In this document: positions 10,060 to 21,030 of the stretch, in pieces
Numbering within the stretch: the first letter of the stretch is position 1
Layout of the letters: every line of letters begins with the position of its first letter
Assembly (NCBI GenBank): GCA_963742085.1
Contig: CAVUKM010000015.1
Location: 139,113 to 203,112 of the forward strand
Origin: an uncultured Alphaproteobacteria bacterium
GTDB taxonomy: Bacteria; Pseudomonadota; Alphaproteobacteria; Rhizobiales; Xanthobacteraceae
Length of the DNA stretch: 64,000 bases
Direction of reading: 5' to 3'
Translations under genes and position numbers: made by a program
Notes under the pieces: model-generated
Seen by the model: the letters and a program-made list of their open reading frames with translations, nothing else
The model's database searches: none
What the model was told of the DNA's origin: nothing

Positions 10060-11121
10060 TCATTGAAACACTGCGTTGAACAGGAAACCTACCGCTAGGA
10101 TGCCGGTGCCGACAACACCAATGAATACCGCGATCAATTTTACGCTGAGAACCTTGCGCAGGATGATAGTCTCGGGGAGTGACAGCCCGATCACCGACAT
10201 CATGAACGCGAGCACGGTTCCGAGGGCGGCGCCTTTTGCGAGCAGCGCGGTGACCACGGGGATGATCCCCGCGGCGTTGGAATACATCGGAATACCGATC
10301 AGCACCACCGCCGGCACCGACCACCAAGCGTCCCGCCCCATGATCGACGCCAACAGGTCCGCCGGCACGTAACCGTGGATGAAGGCTCCGGCGGCGATGC
10401 CGGCGATGATCCACGGCCAGACATTACCGACGATCTCTTTCACCGCCTCGATGCCCGCTTTGATTCGATCGACGACTGTGAAGTCTTCCGGTGAAAGATC
10501 GACCGCACCAGATCGGATATTGCGAACCCAGTCCTCTAGCCAATTCTCAAGATGCAAACGGCCTATGGTCCAGCCCGAGACGATGGCGACGACAAGGCCG
10601 AAGACGAGATAGGTGAGCGCTACTTTCCACCCAACCAGCCCGAACAGGAGCCCCAGCGCCACCTCGTTCACCATCGGTGCCGAGATCAGGAAGGAGAATG
10701 TCACACCGAGTGGCACGCCCGCGCTGACGAAGCCGATGAACATCGGCACGGCCGAGCACGAGCAAAACGGGGTAACAATCCCGAGCGATGCAGCCAGCAC
10801 GTTTCCGACGCCTTCACGTTTCCCGGCAAGAAGCGCCCGAGTCTTCTCGGCTGAGAAGAAGCTTCGTACAACGCCCATCCCGAATACGACCAAGGTGAGA
10901 AGCATAAGAACTTTCGGTGTGTCGTAAGCAAAAAAGCTGACGGCCTCCCCCAAATGACTTTTTGGATCGACCTGGGTCAATGCGACCACCCAATCCGAGA
11001 GAGCGACGAGCTCTCCATAGACAATGCCCCAAACGACCAGAGCAGCGAGCGTCCATCCGATCCACTTTACGGGCGAAGGCCCGGTGTCCGGCGCATGTTC
11101 GGTAACGGAATTTAGGCTCAT
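10060..11121 (-). CDS. ArsP/DUF318-family permease
   Basis: TPFCSCSAVP, SAPMVNE, GIPMYSNAAG and LSLPE motifs; multiple hydrophobic segments. Confidence 0.88.
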   Translation of the reverse strand: MSLNSVTEHAPDTGPSPVKWIGWTLAALVVWGIVYGELVALSDWVVALTQVDPKSHLGEAVSFFAYDTPKVLMLLTLVVFGMGVVRSFFSAEKTRALLAGKREGVGNVLAASLGIVTPFCSCSAVPMFIGFVSAGVPLGVTFSFLISAPMVNEVALGLLFGLVGWKVALTYLVFGLVVAIVSGWTIGRLHLENWLEDWVRNIRSGAVDLSPEDFTVVDRIKAGIEAVKEIVGNVWPWIIAGIAAGAFIHGYVPADLLASIMGRDAWWSVPAVVLIGIPMYSNAAGIIPVVTALLAKGAALGTVLAFMMSVIGLSLPETIILRKVLSVKLIAVFIGVVGTGILAVGFLFNAVFQ

Positions 11122-11371
11122 GCGGCATGTCTTTCCTGAATTGCGGGCGCAAGCACGGCATCGACAAGAAAATCCATGGTCACTCTCGGAAAGTTCAGCC
11201 TGACTAGCATTTTATGGGCCCAATCAGACCTCCTTGTTGACCTGTATCAACGGCACAAGAACATCCGTTGCGGCTGCGTCAGCGCCCAGCTGGCGCGAGG
11301 GCGCTGAAAGTCAAAGGTCGAGCATTGTCGATCGGGGTCATTCTCGACCAAATTGGCGGGTCCGTCTTGGT

Positions 11372-11385
11372 ATGATCAAGATCAA
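11372..11385 (+). promoter_or_regulatory. Possible FixK-type box upstream of the methyltransferase
   Basis: ATGAT-CAAG-ATCAA, one mismatch to consensus, 52 nt before the ATG. Confidence 0.35.
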
Positions 11386-11436
11386 AGTACAGGGTTTGAT
11401 TTGCTCCGAAAATCTTGAGGGAAAGAGAGGTGTCTG

Positions 11437-12138
11437 ATGCGCAATGTAGCGATATGGATATTTGTTGCTTTTGTGCTTGTTATTGGGAGCGCAGGGCTAG
11501 GTGGTATACGTGCGCAAACGGTTCCCGATCCGCAGGATAATTACAAGCACGGGCAAGGCTATCAGCACTCCTTTGGCGATGCCGAAAAATGGGCTAAGGC
11601 GTTTGACGACCCTGCGCGCGATGCTTGGCAAAAGCCCGACGAGGTCTTGAATGCGCTTCACCTACAGCGAACAGACCGTGTAGCCGATCTAGGTGCTGGC
11701 ACCGGATATTTCAGCGTCCGGATCGCCAAGCTCGTACCCGAAGGAAAGCTATTTTCCATTGATATCGAGCCGGACATGCTCCGTTACCTTCGTGAGCGCG
11801 CGCACCATGAAAATCTCAGCGTGTTGGTTCCCATACTCGCGAGCGCCGAGAGCGCCAATCTTCCCGAGTCGGTGGACCTCGTTCTTGTTGTTGACACGTA
11901 CCACCACATCGACAACCGCATTGCTTACTTTTCCAAATTGAAAGCGTCGTTTAGGCCTAATGGACGGCTTGCCATCGTGGATTTCAAGGCGAATTCGCCG
12001 GAGGGACCGCCCCCTGAACACCGCATCCCACCCGAGGAAGTAATCTCAGAACTGGAAGCTGCCGGCTATACACTGGTTGTGACCAATCAATTTTTGCCGA
12101 GGCAATATTTCTTAGTATTTCAAGCCAAGACTTCCTGA
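11437..12138 (+). CDS. Class I SAM-dependent methyltransferase with signal peptide
   Basis: VADLGAGTGYF motif I, IDIE, and VDTYHHI; hydrophobic N-terminus. Confidence 0.88.
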   Translation: MRNVAIWIFVAFVLVIGSAGLGGIRAQTVPDPQDNYKHGQGYQHSFGDAEKWAKAFDDPARDAWQKPDEVLNALHLQRTDRVADLGAGTGYFSVRIAKLVPEGKLFSIDIEPDMLRYLRERAHHENLSVLVPILASAESANLPESVDLVLVVDTYHHIDNRIAYFSKLKASFRPNGRLAIVDFKANSPEGPPPEHRIPPEEVISELEAAGYTLVVTNQFLPRQYFLVFQAKTS

Positions 12139-12336
12139 AAAAGGCCAACATTAGACCAGCGGCCGACCGAACGCCTAACGTCCGCAACGGGTCAAACTCG
12201 TCATTTTGACGGTGCATCGACCACTTCCGGTCCACCCCTATCAACAGACATTCTCAGGGTCAGTCGGCATGTCGCAAAGGTGCCAGGAGCCGACCTTGTT
12301 TGGTAAGGATCGCATTTGAACTTCGCCGCGACGCCG

Positions 12337-13302
12337 TTACTTCGAATGGATCGCCATCGCCTTTCCCGCCGCGCGGACGGCTTCGATAAACAGCGCCGCG
12401 GCCGGACTCAGGGTACGGTTCTTCAACGTGATAATCGCCATGGGCCGCGAGTTGACGCCCAAATCAACAGGCAATGCCTTTACAGCCACTCCCCTGGAGT
12501 TGAAGGCACGTAGCATCGAAGCCGGAACCGCAGAGAGATAGTCGCGAGTCATCAACAGCTTCTCGCGAAGATAAAACGAGTAGGTCATGATGCTCGGCTG
12601 CGGCGGATCCAAACCTTGCGCCCGGAACGCCTCGTCCACAACCAAAGTCGGCGCCTGACCGGGTGGGAATAATATCCACTTTCCATGAACCAGATCCGCC
12701 AGTTCAATCTTGCGGCGCCTCGCCCATACGCTTTGTGCTCCCGCCACAACGATTAGCCGTTCGTGGAACAGGATTTCGACGCGGAGATCATCTTCCGTGA
12801 ATGCCGGCGCCACCCGGCCTACCAACAGGTCGACATTGCGCTCGCGCAGGTCGCGGATTTCCAATGTGGTGGGATTTACCTGAGCCACATGCAAGACCAG
12901 CCTGGGATACCGATGAGCTAGTCGTTCGATAGCCATCGGAAGCAAAGTCGCGGCGACGCTCTCGGAACACCCGATTCGGACCTCTCCCACGCTGGGATCC
13001 GCGGCGAATTCGATCTCGCCCACACCCTGGCGCAGCTCATCGAATACGGCCAAGCCGCGCCTGACCAATGTGCTGCCGTAAAGGGTCGGTTCAACACCCC
13101 GTGGCCCCCGATCCAGGAGTCGCACATGCAGCGTGCTCTCCAGATCGGCAATCGCTTTCGAGATCGCCGGCTGGGAAATGGCAAGGCGCTGGGCCGCCTT
13201 CGCCATGCTGCCGCAATGGACGACTGTCAGTAATACGTGCAGGTCCCGAAGGCGGAGACGGCGCCCAATGCGCGTCTCCCAATGCTCAAGGGAGGTCGCC
13301 AT
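12337..13302 (-). CDS. LysR-family transcriptional regulator
   Basis: HTH GSMAKAAQRLAISQPAISKAI; divergent from the dioxygenase genes. Confidence 0.93.
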   Translation of the reverse strand: MATSLEHWETRIGRRLRLRDLHVLLTVVHCGSMAKAAQRLAISQPAISKAIADLESTLHVRLLDRGPRGVEPTLYGSTLVRRGLAVFDELRQGVGEIEFAADPSVGEVRIGCSESVAATLLPMAIERLAHRYPRLVLHVAQVNPTTLEIRDLRERNVDLLVGRVAPAFTEDDLRVEILFHERLIVVAGAQSVWARRRKIELADLVHGKWILFPPGQAPTLVVDEAFRAQGLDPPQPSIMTYSFYLREKLLMTRDYLSAVPASMLRAFNSRGVAVKALPVDLGVNSRPMAIITLKNRTLSPAAALFIEAVRAAGKAMAIHSK

Positions 13303-13566
13303 AACTATTTCCTTAAGGGGATAGCGCAGTTTTAGGGATTCCATTTATAGCGCATCGGCCTATGCCTTCAATGTCCAGCTTTGCGGAGTTCTACAATGAC
13401 AATCGCAATAAAAGGTGCATCCGCTCTTCGTCGGTGAGGTATCGGGCATTGACCTCCGTCGTCCGCTCGCGCCGGACACGTTTCACATGATTGCCGGAGC
13501 GCTCGATCGCTTCGTGGCTTAGGGCGGGCCCGTCGCGTGTTGCCAATGAGCCAAGTGGAGGAGGTT

Positions 13567-14938
13567 ATGAACCTACCCATTCGTCAGGACGCGAACTTGC
13601 ACGCAATAGCCGGGCTGATCGATGATCGGCCTGCGGAACATGTTTTCCGGATTAACCGCCGCGTCTTTTTCGATCCTGAAGTCTACGAAGTGGAGATGAA
13701 ACACATATTTGAGGCGACCTGGGTTTTCGTAGGTCTTGAGTCTCAGATCCCAAAGCCACATGACTTCATAACAACCCATATCGGCCGCCATCCGGTGTTA
13801 CTGTCTCGGGACAAAGACAACAAGATTTGTTGCCTTCTGAATACTTGCCGTCATCGCGGCACCCTCGTGTGTCCCTTCAAAAGCGGAAACAGAAAATTGC
13901 ACGTCTGTCGCTATCATGCCTGGTCGTATGATAGTGGTGGTCGCAATGTTGCCATTTCCAGAACGCGCCGCTGGTCAATATCCGACGGCATTTGACGATG
14001 AAGATCACGACTTGATACGCGTGGCGCGGCTCGACAGCTACCGCGGGTTCATATTTGCGAGCCTTTCTGCGGATGTTCCAGCGCTCGATGATTTTCTCGG
14101 CGAAACAAAACCATTTCTTGACCTCGTCATCGACCAGAGCCCGACGGGACAGGTTGAAGTTGTGCCGGGTGAAATTACCTACACGTTCGACGCGAATTGG
14201 AAGCTGCAATTCGAGAATGGATTGGATTATTACCACTTCGGAGCCACGCACGCCTCATATGTCGACATCCTAAAGAAGCGTGCATCTGTTGCCCCATCGG
14301 ATGCAGGCTTCACTAAAGAAGATGCATCCGAAGGCGAGGGACAGGGAAGCTTCAACTTCGACCATGGACATGCCGTCAATTGGTCGATCAAGCAGACGGC
14401 GCTGTACGGCCGGCCGCTGGCATCCGATCCGCAGCTTTTGCAAGCTGCGCGAAGCCGCGTCGGACCGGAGCGCGTGAAATGGATGCTGCGACAACGCAAT
14501 CTGACCATTTTTCCGAATCTTCAAGTCATCGACATCTCGTCGGCGCAGCTTCGCACCTGGCGTCCGATCGCAGCCAACAAGACCGAAATGGTATCGCACT
14601 GCCTCGCGCCCGTGGGAGAGCCGGCAGCGGCGCGCGCCCTGCGCATCCGCAATTATGAGGATTTTTTCAATCCCACCGGACTTGCGAGTTCGGACGACAA
14701 CGTCATGTATGAATTCTGCCAATCGGGCTACGAAGCCGAGCAGGCGGGCTACACGCAAGGTTATCTGCGCGGCGCAGTCGGTCCTGGCATCGGGGCCAGC
14801 CGACATTCGGCCGAGCTTGGCATTTCCCCAGCAGAGTGGACCTTCGGAGCCGTTACCTTTGGAGGTGAGACGAATTTCTACGCCGGTTATCGGGAATGGC
14901 GACGCCTCATGGAACGCGCAGCTGCGAAAGCCATCTGA
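13567..14938 (+). pseudogene. Rieske ring-hydroxylating dioxygenase alpha subunit (benzoate/anthranilate class), frameshifted near 13955
   Basis: CRHRG...CRYH Rieske motif in the first frame; NWKLQFENGLDYYHFGATH iron ligands in the second; removing one T at ATTTCCAGAA joins them. Confidence 0.88.
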
Positions 14939-15429
14939 TGGGAGAGCTTGATCAAGCTGCGGTATTCCTGTTCCAGGAAGCGCGCCACCTGGACAAGCAC
15001 GAATGGGACGCGTGGGTCTCGATGTACCGGGAGGATGCGGTTTACTGGCTGCCGGCTTGGCGCGATGAGTACGAAACCACGGCAGATCCGCAGACCGAAG
15101 TCTCGTTGATCTTTCACAACAAGCGTCTGGGGCTTGAGGAACGTATCGCCCGCATCGAGTCCCGCAAGTCGATCACGGCCCTGCCACTTCCGCGCACGCT
15201 GCACCAGATCAGCAACGTGGAGTTACGCACAGTGAGTCCAGCGCATATTGAGACGGAAGCCACTTTCGCGGTGCATGTCTACGATCCGCGGACGGCGAAG
15301 GAACACACGCGATTTGGACGCTATGAACATGTCATTTCCAAAGAACTGGACACGTGGCGGATCGCAAAAAAGAAGATCATCCTGGTGAATGACAAGGTTC
15401 CGGCCGCACTTGATTTCTACAGTATCTAG
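14938..15429 (+). CDS. Ring-hydroxylating dioxygenase beta subunit
   Basis: FQEARHLDKHEWDAW, YWLPAW, LPRTLHQISNV and WRIAKKKIIL; start overlaps the alpha stop (TGATG). Confidence 0.9.
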   Translation: MGELDQAAVFLFQEARHLDKHEWDAWVSMYREDAVYWLPAWRDEYETTADPQTEVSLIFHNKRLGLEERIARIESRKSITALPLPRTLHQISNVELRTVSPAHIETEATFAVHVYDPRTAKEHTRFGRYEHVISKELDTWRIAKKKIILVNDKVPAALDFYSI

Positions 15430-15492
15430 TCCGAACGTCGGGATGCCAAATAAGACGATAGAGGAAAGTAAGACGACAGAGGAAAGAGAGAT

Positions 15493-16818
15493 ATGTCCGA
15501 TTTGGCGGTAGCGGAGAAAACCTCAGCAGAGTCCAAGTCTGAAATCGTCGGGCTTGCTGTCGTACGAAAAGTTGCGCGGCGCCTGATGTGGTTCGTGATG
15601 GCCCTTTATTTCTTGGCGATTTTGGATCGCGGAAATATTTCATTTGCTGCAATTTCGATGAACAAAGACCTTGGTCTGAATGCGCAGATGTTCGGCATCG
15701 CCGTCGGGGTCATGTTCTTCACCTATTCGATGTTCGAGATTCCGAGCAACCTCATTCTTGGACGTTTTGGGGCTCGTGTGACGCTAACGAGAATTGCCAT
15801 CCTGTGGGGAATTGCGACCGTCTTGATGGCTTTCGCGCAAGGGCCATGGAGTCTGTACGCGTTTCGAGCCTTCCTTGGTTTTGCAAAATCAGGCCTGTTC
15901 CCCGGCGTTATGTTGTTCCTTAGCCTGTGGTTCCCGTTCGCCTATCGCGCTCGATATAATGCAATGTTCAACTATGCTGTGCCCATCTCTTACATTTTTG
16001 GTTCCTTAATTTCCGGAGCAGTATTGAATTTGGATGGCACCCTCGGCATAGCCGGATGGAAATGGCTTTTCATCCTTGAGGGTGCACCGCCGATTGTTCT
16101 CGGAATAATGGGCATTTTCTATCTGACCGACCGGCCGCTCGAAGCGACCTGGTTGGCACACCAAGAGAAACTCTGGCTTGCGGCGGAAATCGAACGTGAC
16201 GCAAAGGGTCTGGCAGTCATTCATGACCGAAGCCTGCTTAGGACATTGATCAAGCCGATGGTGCTGTTGTTCGCGCTATGCAATTTCGGACTGTTTTGCG
16301 GCCTTGCGTCGCTCTTTGCGTGGCTCCCTCAGATCATAAAAACATTTGGCTTGCCGAATTTTGAGATCGGGGTGGTGACGGCGATTCCGCCATTGGCGGG
16401 ACTTGTCGGTATGATCTTGTTGAGCCGCCACTCGGACCGTCTCCGCGAAAGGTTCACCTACAGCTTCTGCACACTGCTTCTGGCGGCGACCGGCTTCGCC
16501 AGCGCCGCGTTCGCCCCGAATCCGACGCTGATCATCATCGGTTTTATGGTCGCAAACGTCGGCGTATACGGAACCCAGGCGGTGTTCTGGACTATCCCGC
16601 AATCGTACCTCTCCCGCGATAGTGCTCCTGGTGCAATTGGTTTCATAGCAATGGTTGGAAGTATCGGAGGCGCGCTTATTCCAATTGCGATTGGACGCAT
16701 AAAGGACTCGACGGGCAGCTTCACCGGTGGCTTTCTCGTCGTATCCGCGGCGCTCGTCATCGCGGCGGCGGGTATAATGGTCGCACGAAACCAGTTAAGC
16801 CATATCAAGGCTCGTTAA
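15493..16818 (+). CDS. MFS transporter, anion:cation symporter family
   Basis: LDRGNIS, FEIPSNL, GWKWLFILEG and DRP motifs; about 12 hydrophobic segments. Confidence 0.92.
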   Translation: MSDLAVAEKTSAESKSEIVGLAVVRKVARRLMWFVMALYFLAILDRGNISFAAISMNKDLGLNAQMFGIAVGVMFFTYSMFEIPSNLILGRFGARVTLTRIAILWGIATVLMAFAQGPWSLYAFRAFLGFAKSGLFPGVMLFLSLWFPFAYRARYNAMFNYAVPISYIFGSLISGAVLNLDGTLGIAGWKWLFILEGAPPIVLGIMGIFYLTDRPLEATWLAHQEKLWLAAEIERDAKGLAVIHDRSLLRTLIKPMVLLFALCNFGLFCGLASLFAWLPQIIKTFGLPNFEIGVVTAIPPLAGLVGMILLSRHSDRLRERFTYSFCTLLLAATGFASAAFAPNPTLIIIGFMVANVGVYGTQAVFWTIPQSYLSRDSAPGAIGFIAMVGSIGGALIPIAIGRIKDSTGSFTGGFLVVSAALVIAAAGIMVARNQLSHIKAR

Positions 16819-16936
16819 AGGCTTCTGTCAATCGCGTCATTTTGGCTATCGGCTGACCACTTCCGGTCTTCTTCGCTGAGCGGACATGCCAAGCGGCGGC
16901 TGGCATGTACGCCTCCAAACCGTGATACGCTGGTCC

Positions 16937-18308
16937 ATGACGACAACCGTCGCACCGAGAGTTTTCCCGCCTGCACCCAAGGTGCATGCGGCGGATTTGC
17001 CGGCGTGGCGGCTGCTTCCCGCCGTCGCGCGTTCGACCCTCTCGATTTGGCCCAACTTTGCCTTCGACATTCTTGTCAATAAGCGCACCATGCTGGGTAT
17101 CACTTCGCTCCTCGTGAACGATCCTGAGGGTGTGCGCCACTTTCTGGCGGCGAACGCCGCGAATTACCGGCGACCGTCGTCGGTCCGGCGTGTCACCATT
17201 CCGCTCGGCGGCTCCGGCGTTTTTCTGGCCGAAGGGACCGAATGGCGGCGCCAACGCAAACTGCTGGCGCCGACCTTCACGCCATCGAGCATCAACCTGT
17301 TGGTGCCGCATTTCCACGAGGCGGCGCGGCATTTGCTGCACGGTATCGAAGGCAAGCTGGGCGTCAATCTCTCGAGGGCGTTCGGGGATACTGCGCTCGA
17401 AGCCGTGCTGCGCGCCTTGTTCTCGATGCCCGAAAGCCAGTCGCGTGAGGAGTTGAGTGCGCTGGTGCGGGGCTACGTCGAAGGTGCCGGACGTCCCGGT
17501 CTCCTCGACGGTTTTGCCCCGCGCGAGGAACTCATTTGGATTCGCGCTCGGAAAGCGCAGGCGGTTTCAATCCAAATGGTTCGATGCCATCGCGGCAATC
17601 ATCGCCCAGCGTAAGGCTGAACCGAGGTCGGCGGACCATCGCGACCTTCTCGATCTGCTGCTCCAATTGAAGGATGTTGACACTGGCGAGATGCTTTCGG
17701 ACGACGAAATTCGCGATCAGTCCGCGACCATGTTTTTCGCTGGTTCTGAGACGACTGCGCGGCTGATGTTCTGGGCTACGCACCTACTGACGCTCGACAG
17801 GGAGGAACAACAGCGGCTCTCCAGCGAGATAACGGCTTTTCCGCCCGACGATGTCCGCACGCTCGAGGATCTGGCGAACTGGCCGCGCCTACGCAATGTG
17901 CTGCTGGAGACACTTCGGCTTTATCCGCCAGTGCCGCATATCATACGGCAGGCCAACGGTCCCGACACGATCAGCGGCATGAGCGTGGCGGCCGACGACC
18001 AGATCTGGGCCAGCGCCTGGATCATGCACCGGCATCGCAAATTCTGGCAGGACCCAACGGCCTTCATACCCGACCGGTTCGCCGGCAAGTCAGCGCCCTG
18101 GGTGCAAATGCCCGGCTATATCCCTTTTGGCGTCGGCCCACGCATCTGTATCGGACTGCATTTTGCATTGTCGGAAGCCCAAATCGTGTTAGCGCACCTG
18201 CTTTCACGGTACCGGATCGCAGTGGTCGGGACACGGCCGGTGATGCCTGTCGGCCGCGTCACGATCGAGCCGGACTACGAACCGATGTTCCGGCTGGAAA
18301 GAATTTAA
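16937..18308 (+). pseudogene. Cytochrome P450, frameshifted near 17527
   Basis: AGSETT I-helix, ETLR (ExxR) and FGVGPRICIG heme motif; frame changes at FAPRE/NSFGF. Confidence 0.88.
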
Positions 18309-18399
18309 TGTCAGAGAAGTGGCCGTGGGAAAGCTACAAAATGATGTCGCCTAATAAGCGCGAGACTCGACACAATGGCTTCCGCCGAAATCTTACGAG

Positions 18400-19398
18400 G
18401 TGGGCACCCTGGTGAAGCAAGCCGAATTGAAGGGTATCTCTGATCAATATGCGGCGTTTGCAGCCGACGAGGCTCGCGGCTCGTCAGAAGCCTATGAGAG
18501 ACTCGCGCTTGCCGCGTCTCAATCCGACGATTTGCTCGAGTTCATCGCCACCCTTCCGGTCGAAAGGCGTCGGCCGAATCTGTTTCTCGCAGCCGTTCGG
18601 CACGTCTGTGGCATCGCTCGAAACGTCGACGATTTGAGACAGTTCGTGCACACAAGCCAGGGGCAAATCCGCGAGGTCATGCTGTCGCGGACGACACAGA
18701 CCAACGAACCTGCTCGGTGCGCTGTGCTGCTCCCCCTACTGGCGCAACTTGCGCAACCGCTCGCCTTGATCGAGGTCGGTGCATCTGCCGGGCTGTGCTT
18801 GCTGATGGATCATTATGGATACGACTACGACAAAGCGCGAATCGAGCCGGCCGTGTCCGATGACGGTCACGCGCCGGTATTCACCTGTGAGGTTTCCGGC
18901 AGCGTTCCCATTCCGACTGCGATCCCTCGCATCGCTTGGCGTGCTGGATTAGACCTCAACCCAATCGATGTGAGATCTGAGCGCGACGCGGCATGGCTTG
19001 AGACACTCGTGTGGCCGGGACAGGATGCGCGAGTAGCGCGACTGCATGCCGCCATCAACATCGCGCGGCGCAATCCGCCGAATGTGATTAGAGGTGATTT
19101 GCTCACAGACCTGGCGCAGTTGGTCGCAACGGCACCGAAGGACGCAACGGTGGTCGTCTTTCATACCGCGGTGCTCGGATACGTTGTGCCGCAGTCAGCG
19201 CGCGAGCAGTTTGCCGCAACCGTGAAGGAAACCGGAGCCGAATGGATCAGCAACGAAGCTCCCGGCGTATTCCCATCCATCGCAAGAAGGGCTCCGCCTT
19301 CGCCTGCAAGAGGACGCTTTCTGATCTCATTGAATGGCACGCCAGTCGCGTGGGCTGGGCCACATGGACAGTCGCTCCACTGGTTCGGCACGACGTGA
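18400..19398 (+). CDS. DUF2332-like protein
   Basis: TQTNEPARC, LIEVGASAGLCL, GLDLNPID and VWPGQ motifs. Confidence 0.75.
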   Translation: MGTLVKQAELKGISDQYAAFAADEARGSSEAYERLALAASQSDDLLEFIATLPVERRRPNLFLAAVRHVCGIARNVDDLRQFVHTSQGQIREVMLSRTTQTNEPARCAVLLPLLAQLAQPLALIEVGASAGLCLLMDHYGYDYDKARIEPAVSDDGHAPVFTCEVSGSVPIPTAIPRIAWRAGLDLNPIDVRSERDAAWLETLVWPGQDARVARLHAAINIARRNPPNVIRGDLLTDLAQLVATAPKDATVVVFHTAVLGYVVPQSAREQFAATVKETGAEWISNEAPGVFPSIARRAPPSPARGRFLISLNGTPVAWAGPHGQSLHWFGTT

Positions 19399-19536
19399 TG
19401 GTCACTGATTAGCCATCGGGCCATAGAATATCGACCTCCCAGCCAGATCCGGGATTTTTCCGCACCCCGAAAGTTGGTCGCTGCTCCGGCATCTTTGAAA
19501 GATGCGCCTACGGCGCCGCGGTTCAAGCCAGTCATC

Positions 19537-19571
19537 CTGCCACAATCGAACTGATCCACGACCAGAACTTG
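19537..19571 (+). repeat. 35-bp direct repeat, copy 1
   Basis: CTGCCACAATCGAACTGATCCACGACCAGAACTTG; 31/35 identical to 21261-21295. Confidence 0.85.
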
Positions 19572-19659
19572 AAAGGGCGACTTCCGGGTTTAAGGGCACC
19601 CGGCGGACCTTGCGCTAGATCATCATGGTCTGGCTTGAGGTGCCGTCATATTCTGATAG

Positions 19660-19833
19660 ATGGTCCATTTCGTTTTCAGGTGCCCGGCGACATCGATGAA
19701 CGTCCAGCATTGGTCGGACGAAGACGATGATGTGCGAGAAAACGAATATGAGGGGATCATCTGCCCCGCCTGCACTCGGTTGCATTTTCTCAACCGAAAG
19801 ACCGGCAAGCTATTAGGTCAGAATGACGAGTAA
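19660..19833 (+). CDS. 57-aa Cys/His microprotein (not in the ORF track)
   Basis: MVHFVFRCPATSMNVQHW...IICPACTRLHFLNRKTGKLLGQNDE; clean ATG to TAA. Confidence 0.7.
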   Translation: MVHFVFRCPATSMNVQHWSDEDDDVRENEYEGIICPACTRLHFLNRKTGKLLGQNDE

Positions 19834-19841
19834 GGTTCGGC

Positions 19842-20051
19842 ATGATCCTGCAATCAACCATCACCTGTCCGAAATGCGGCCATCGGGCCGTCGAGACAAT
19901 GCCGACCGATGCCTGCCAGTTCTTCTATGACTGCAAGGGCTGCGGCGAGCGGCTCAAGCCGCTCGCAGGCGACTGCTGCGTGTTCTGCTCATACGGCTCG
20001 GTTCCGTGCCCGCCGATTCAGGAGAACGGCAAAGGCGCATGTTGTAGCTGA
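19842..20051 (+). CDS. GDCCVxC-domain protein
   Basis: TITCPKCGH...MPTDACQFFYDC..C...GDCCVFCSYGSVPCPPIQ. Confidence 0.9.
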   Translation: MILQSTITCPKCGHRAVETMPTDACQFFYDCKGCGERLKPLAGDCCVFCSYGSVPCPPIQENGKGACCS

Positions 20052-20250
20052 GGCCACCCTCAGTTAGCGGCCATGTTTCGGTAGGTCAGGGACCCGGACA
20101 AAATCCCTCTCCGGGTTCCGCCGCTGTTTCGCTGCGGAATTAACTAGCTTTTCGCGCTCCGTGGCGCACAGTGAATAATCACCGCTCCGCCTCCCAGGCA
20201 TTATCGGTGACAGAGAGTGTTGCGCTCCCGCCTGTTCGAGGGGAAGCACC

Positions 20251-20493
20251 ATGCCCCAGTCTCAACAGCTGTCGTCGGCCATTCCATTCGTTGCGATTGA
20301 GCGCCCCGCCTGTCCGAAGTGTCAGGCCCAAATGATGCTCGTCAACATCGAGCCAGTACGCGCCTGTGTCGTCGACTTACATACGTTCGAATGCGCTGTC
20401 TGCAATCAGGTGCTTCTGACCTTTGCCGCGTATGAAGATCCTATGAGGTCCAAGGCCCTTGGACGCTGGCTTCAAGGCGATTTGCACCACTGA
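20251..20493 (+). CDS. Small Zn-ribbon hypothetical protein
   Basis: CPKC...FECAVC; GGGGAAG RBS-like sequence before the ATG. Confidence 0.65.
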   Translation: MPQSQQLSSAIPFVAIERPACPKCQAQMMLVNIEPVRACVVDLHTFECAVCNQVLLTFAAYEDPMRSKALGRWLQGDLHH

Positions 20494-20584
20494 AACGGCG
20501 TGGTTCAAAGAGCGACGCGGGACCGATGCCCCGCTCCTTGGTCGTTACCGCCGCAGCAGCCGTGCGTTCGGAAAACTGGCCGTT

Positions 20585-20704
20585 GGTTGCGATGTCGAGG
20601 GCGGCAAACAGCGATGTGGTGCCATGACGCTTGTAGTCGTGACTACGGCGCGCCGCCTGGCCAGGTCGCATGGGTAGCATCGGCTGGCTGCGGTCCAGCG
20701 CCTG
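20585..20704 (-). pseudogene. IS630-family transposase internal scrap
   Basis: [40 protein letters not shown]. Confidence 0.8.
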
Positions 20705-21030
20705 GTCAGGACACTAGCGCTTGAGGCTCAATCCATTTCGACGAGGGCCGCTTCGTTGTCGGGCGTACAAGATAGCCCGCGCACTAAGGACAAATGGACG
20801 ACTGCGGCCGCGGTGGTCATTTTCTGGCCCGTTGCGTTCCTCGTGGGCGGTGACAAACAGACGGCCGCTGAACAAACGGACGGGCCGCTGAATTGGCCCA
20901 GATGAAAGGGCAGATGGTCGCGGGTGAACAGGCGTCGATTGCCAAGAACTGCAGCATCAAGTTCCAGAACAAACCGCCGGCGACCTGACGCGGCTAAATT
21001 GCCAGGTCGCTATGGCTTTTGGGATGGCTG

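Noticed and set aside
20049-20051. Selenocysteine read-through of the GDCCVxC gene's TGA
   Set aside because: The TGA follows the normal C-terminus rather than replacing a conserved Cys, and no SECIS-like hairpin directly follows it.
20089-20119. Hairpin after the GDCCVxC gene as an intrinsic terminator
   Set aside because: The loop is large and there is no U-tract, so support is insufficient.
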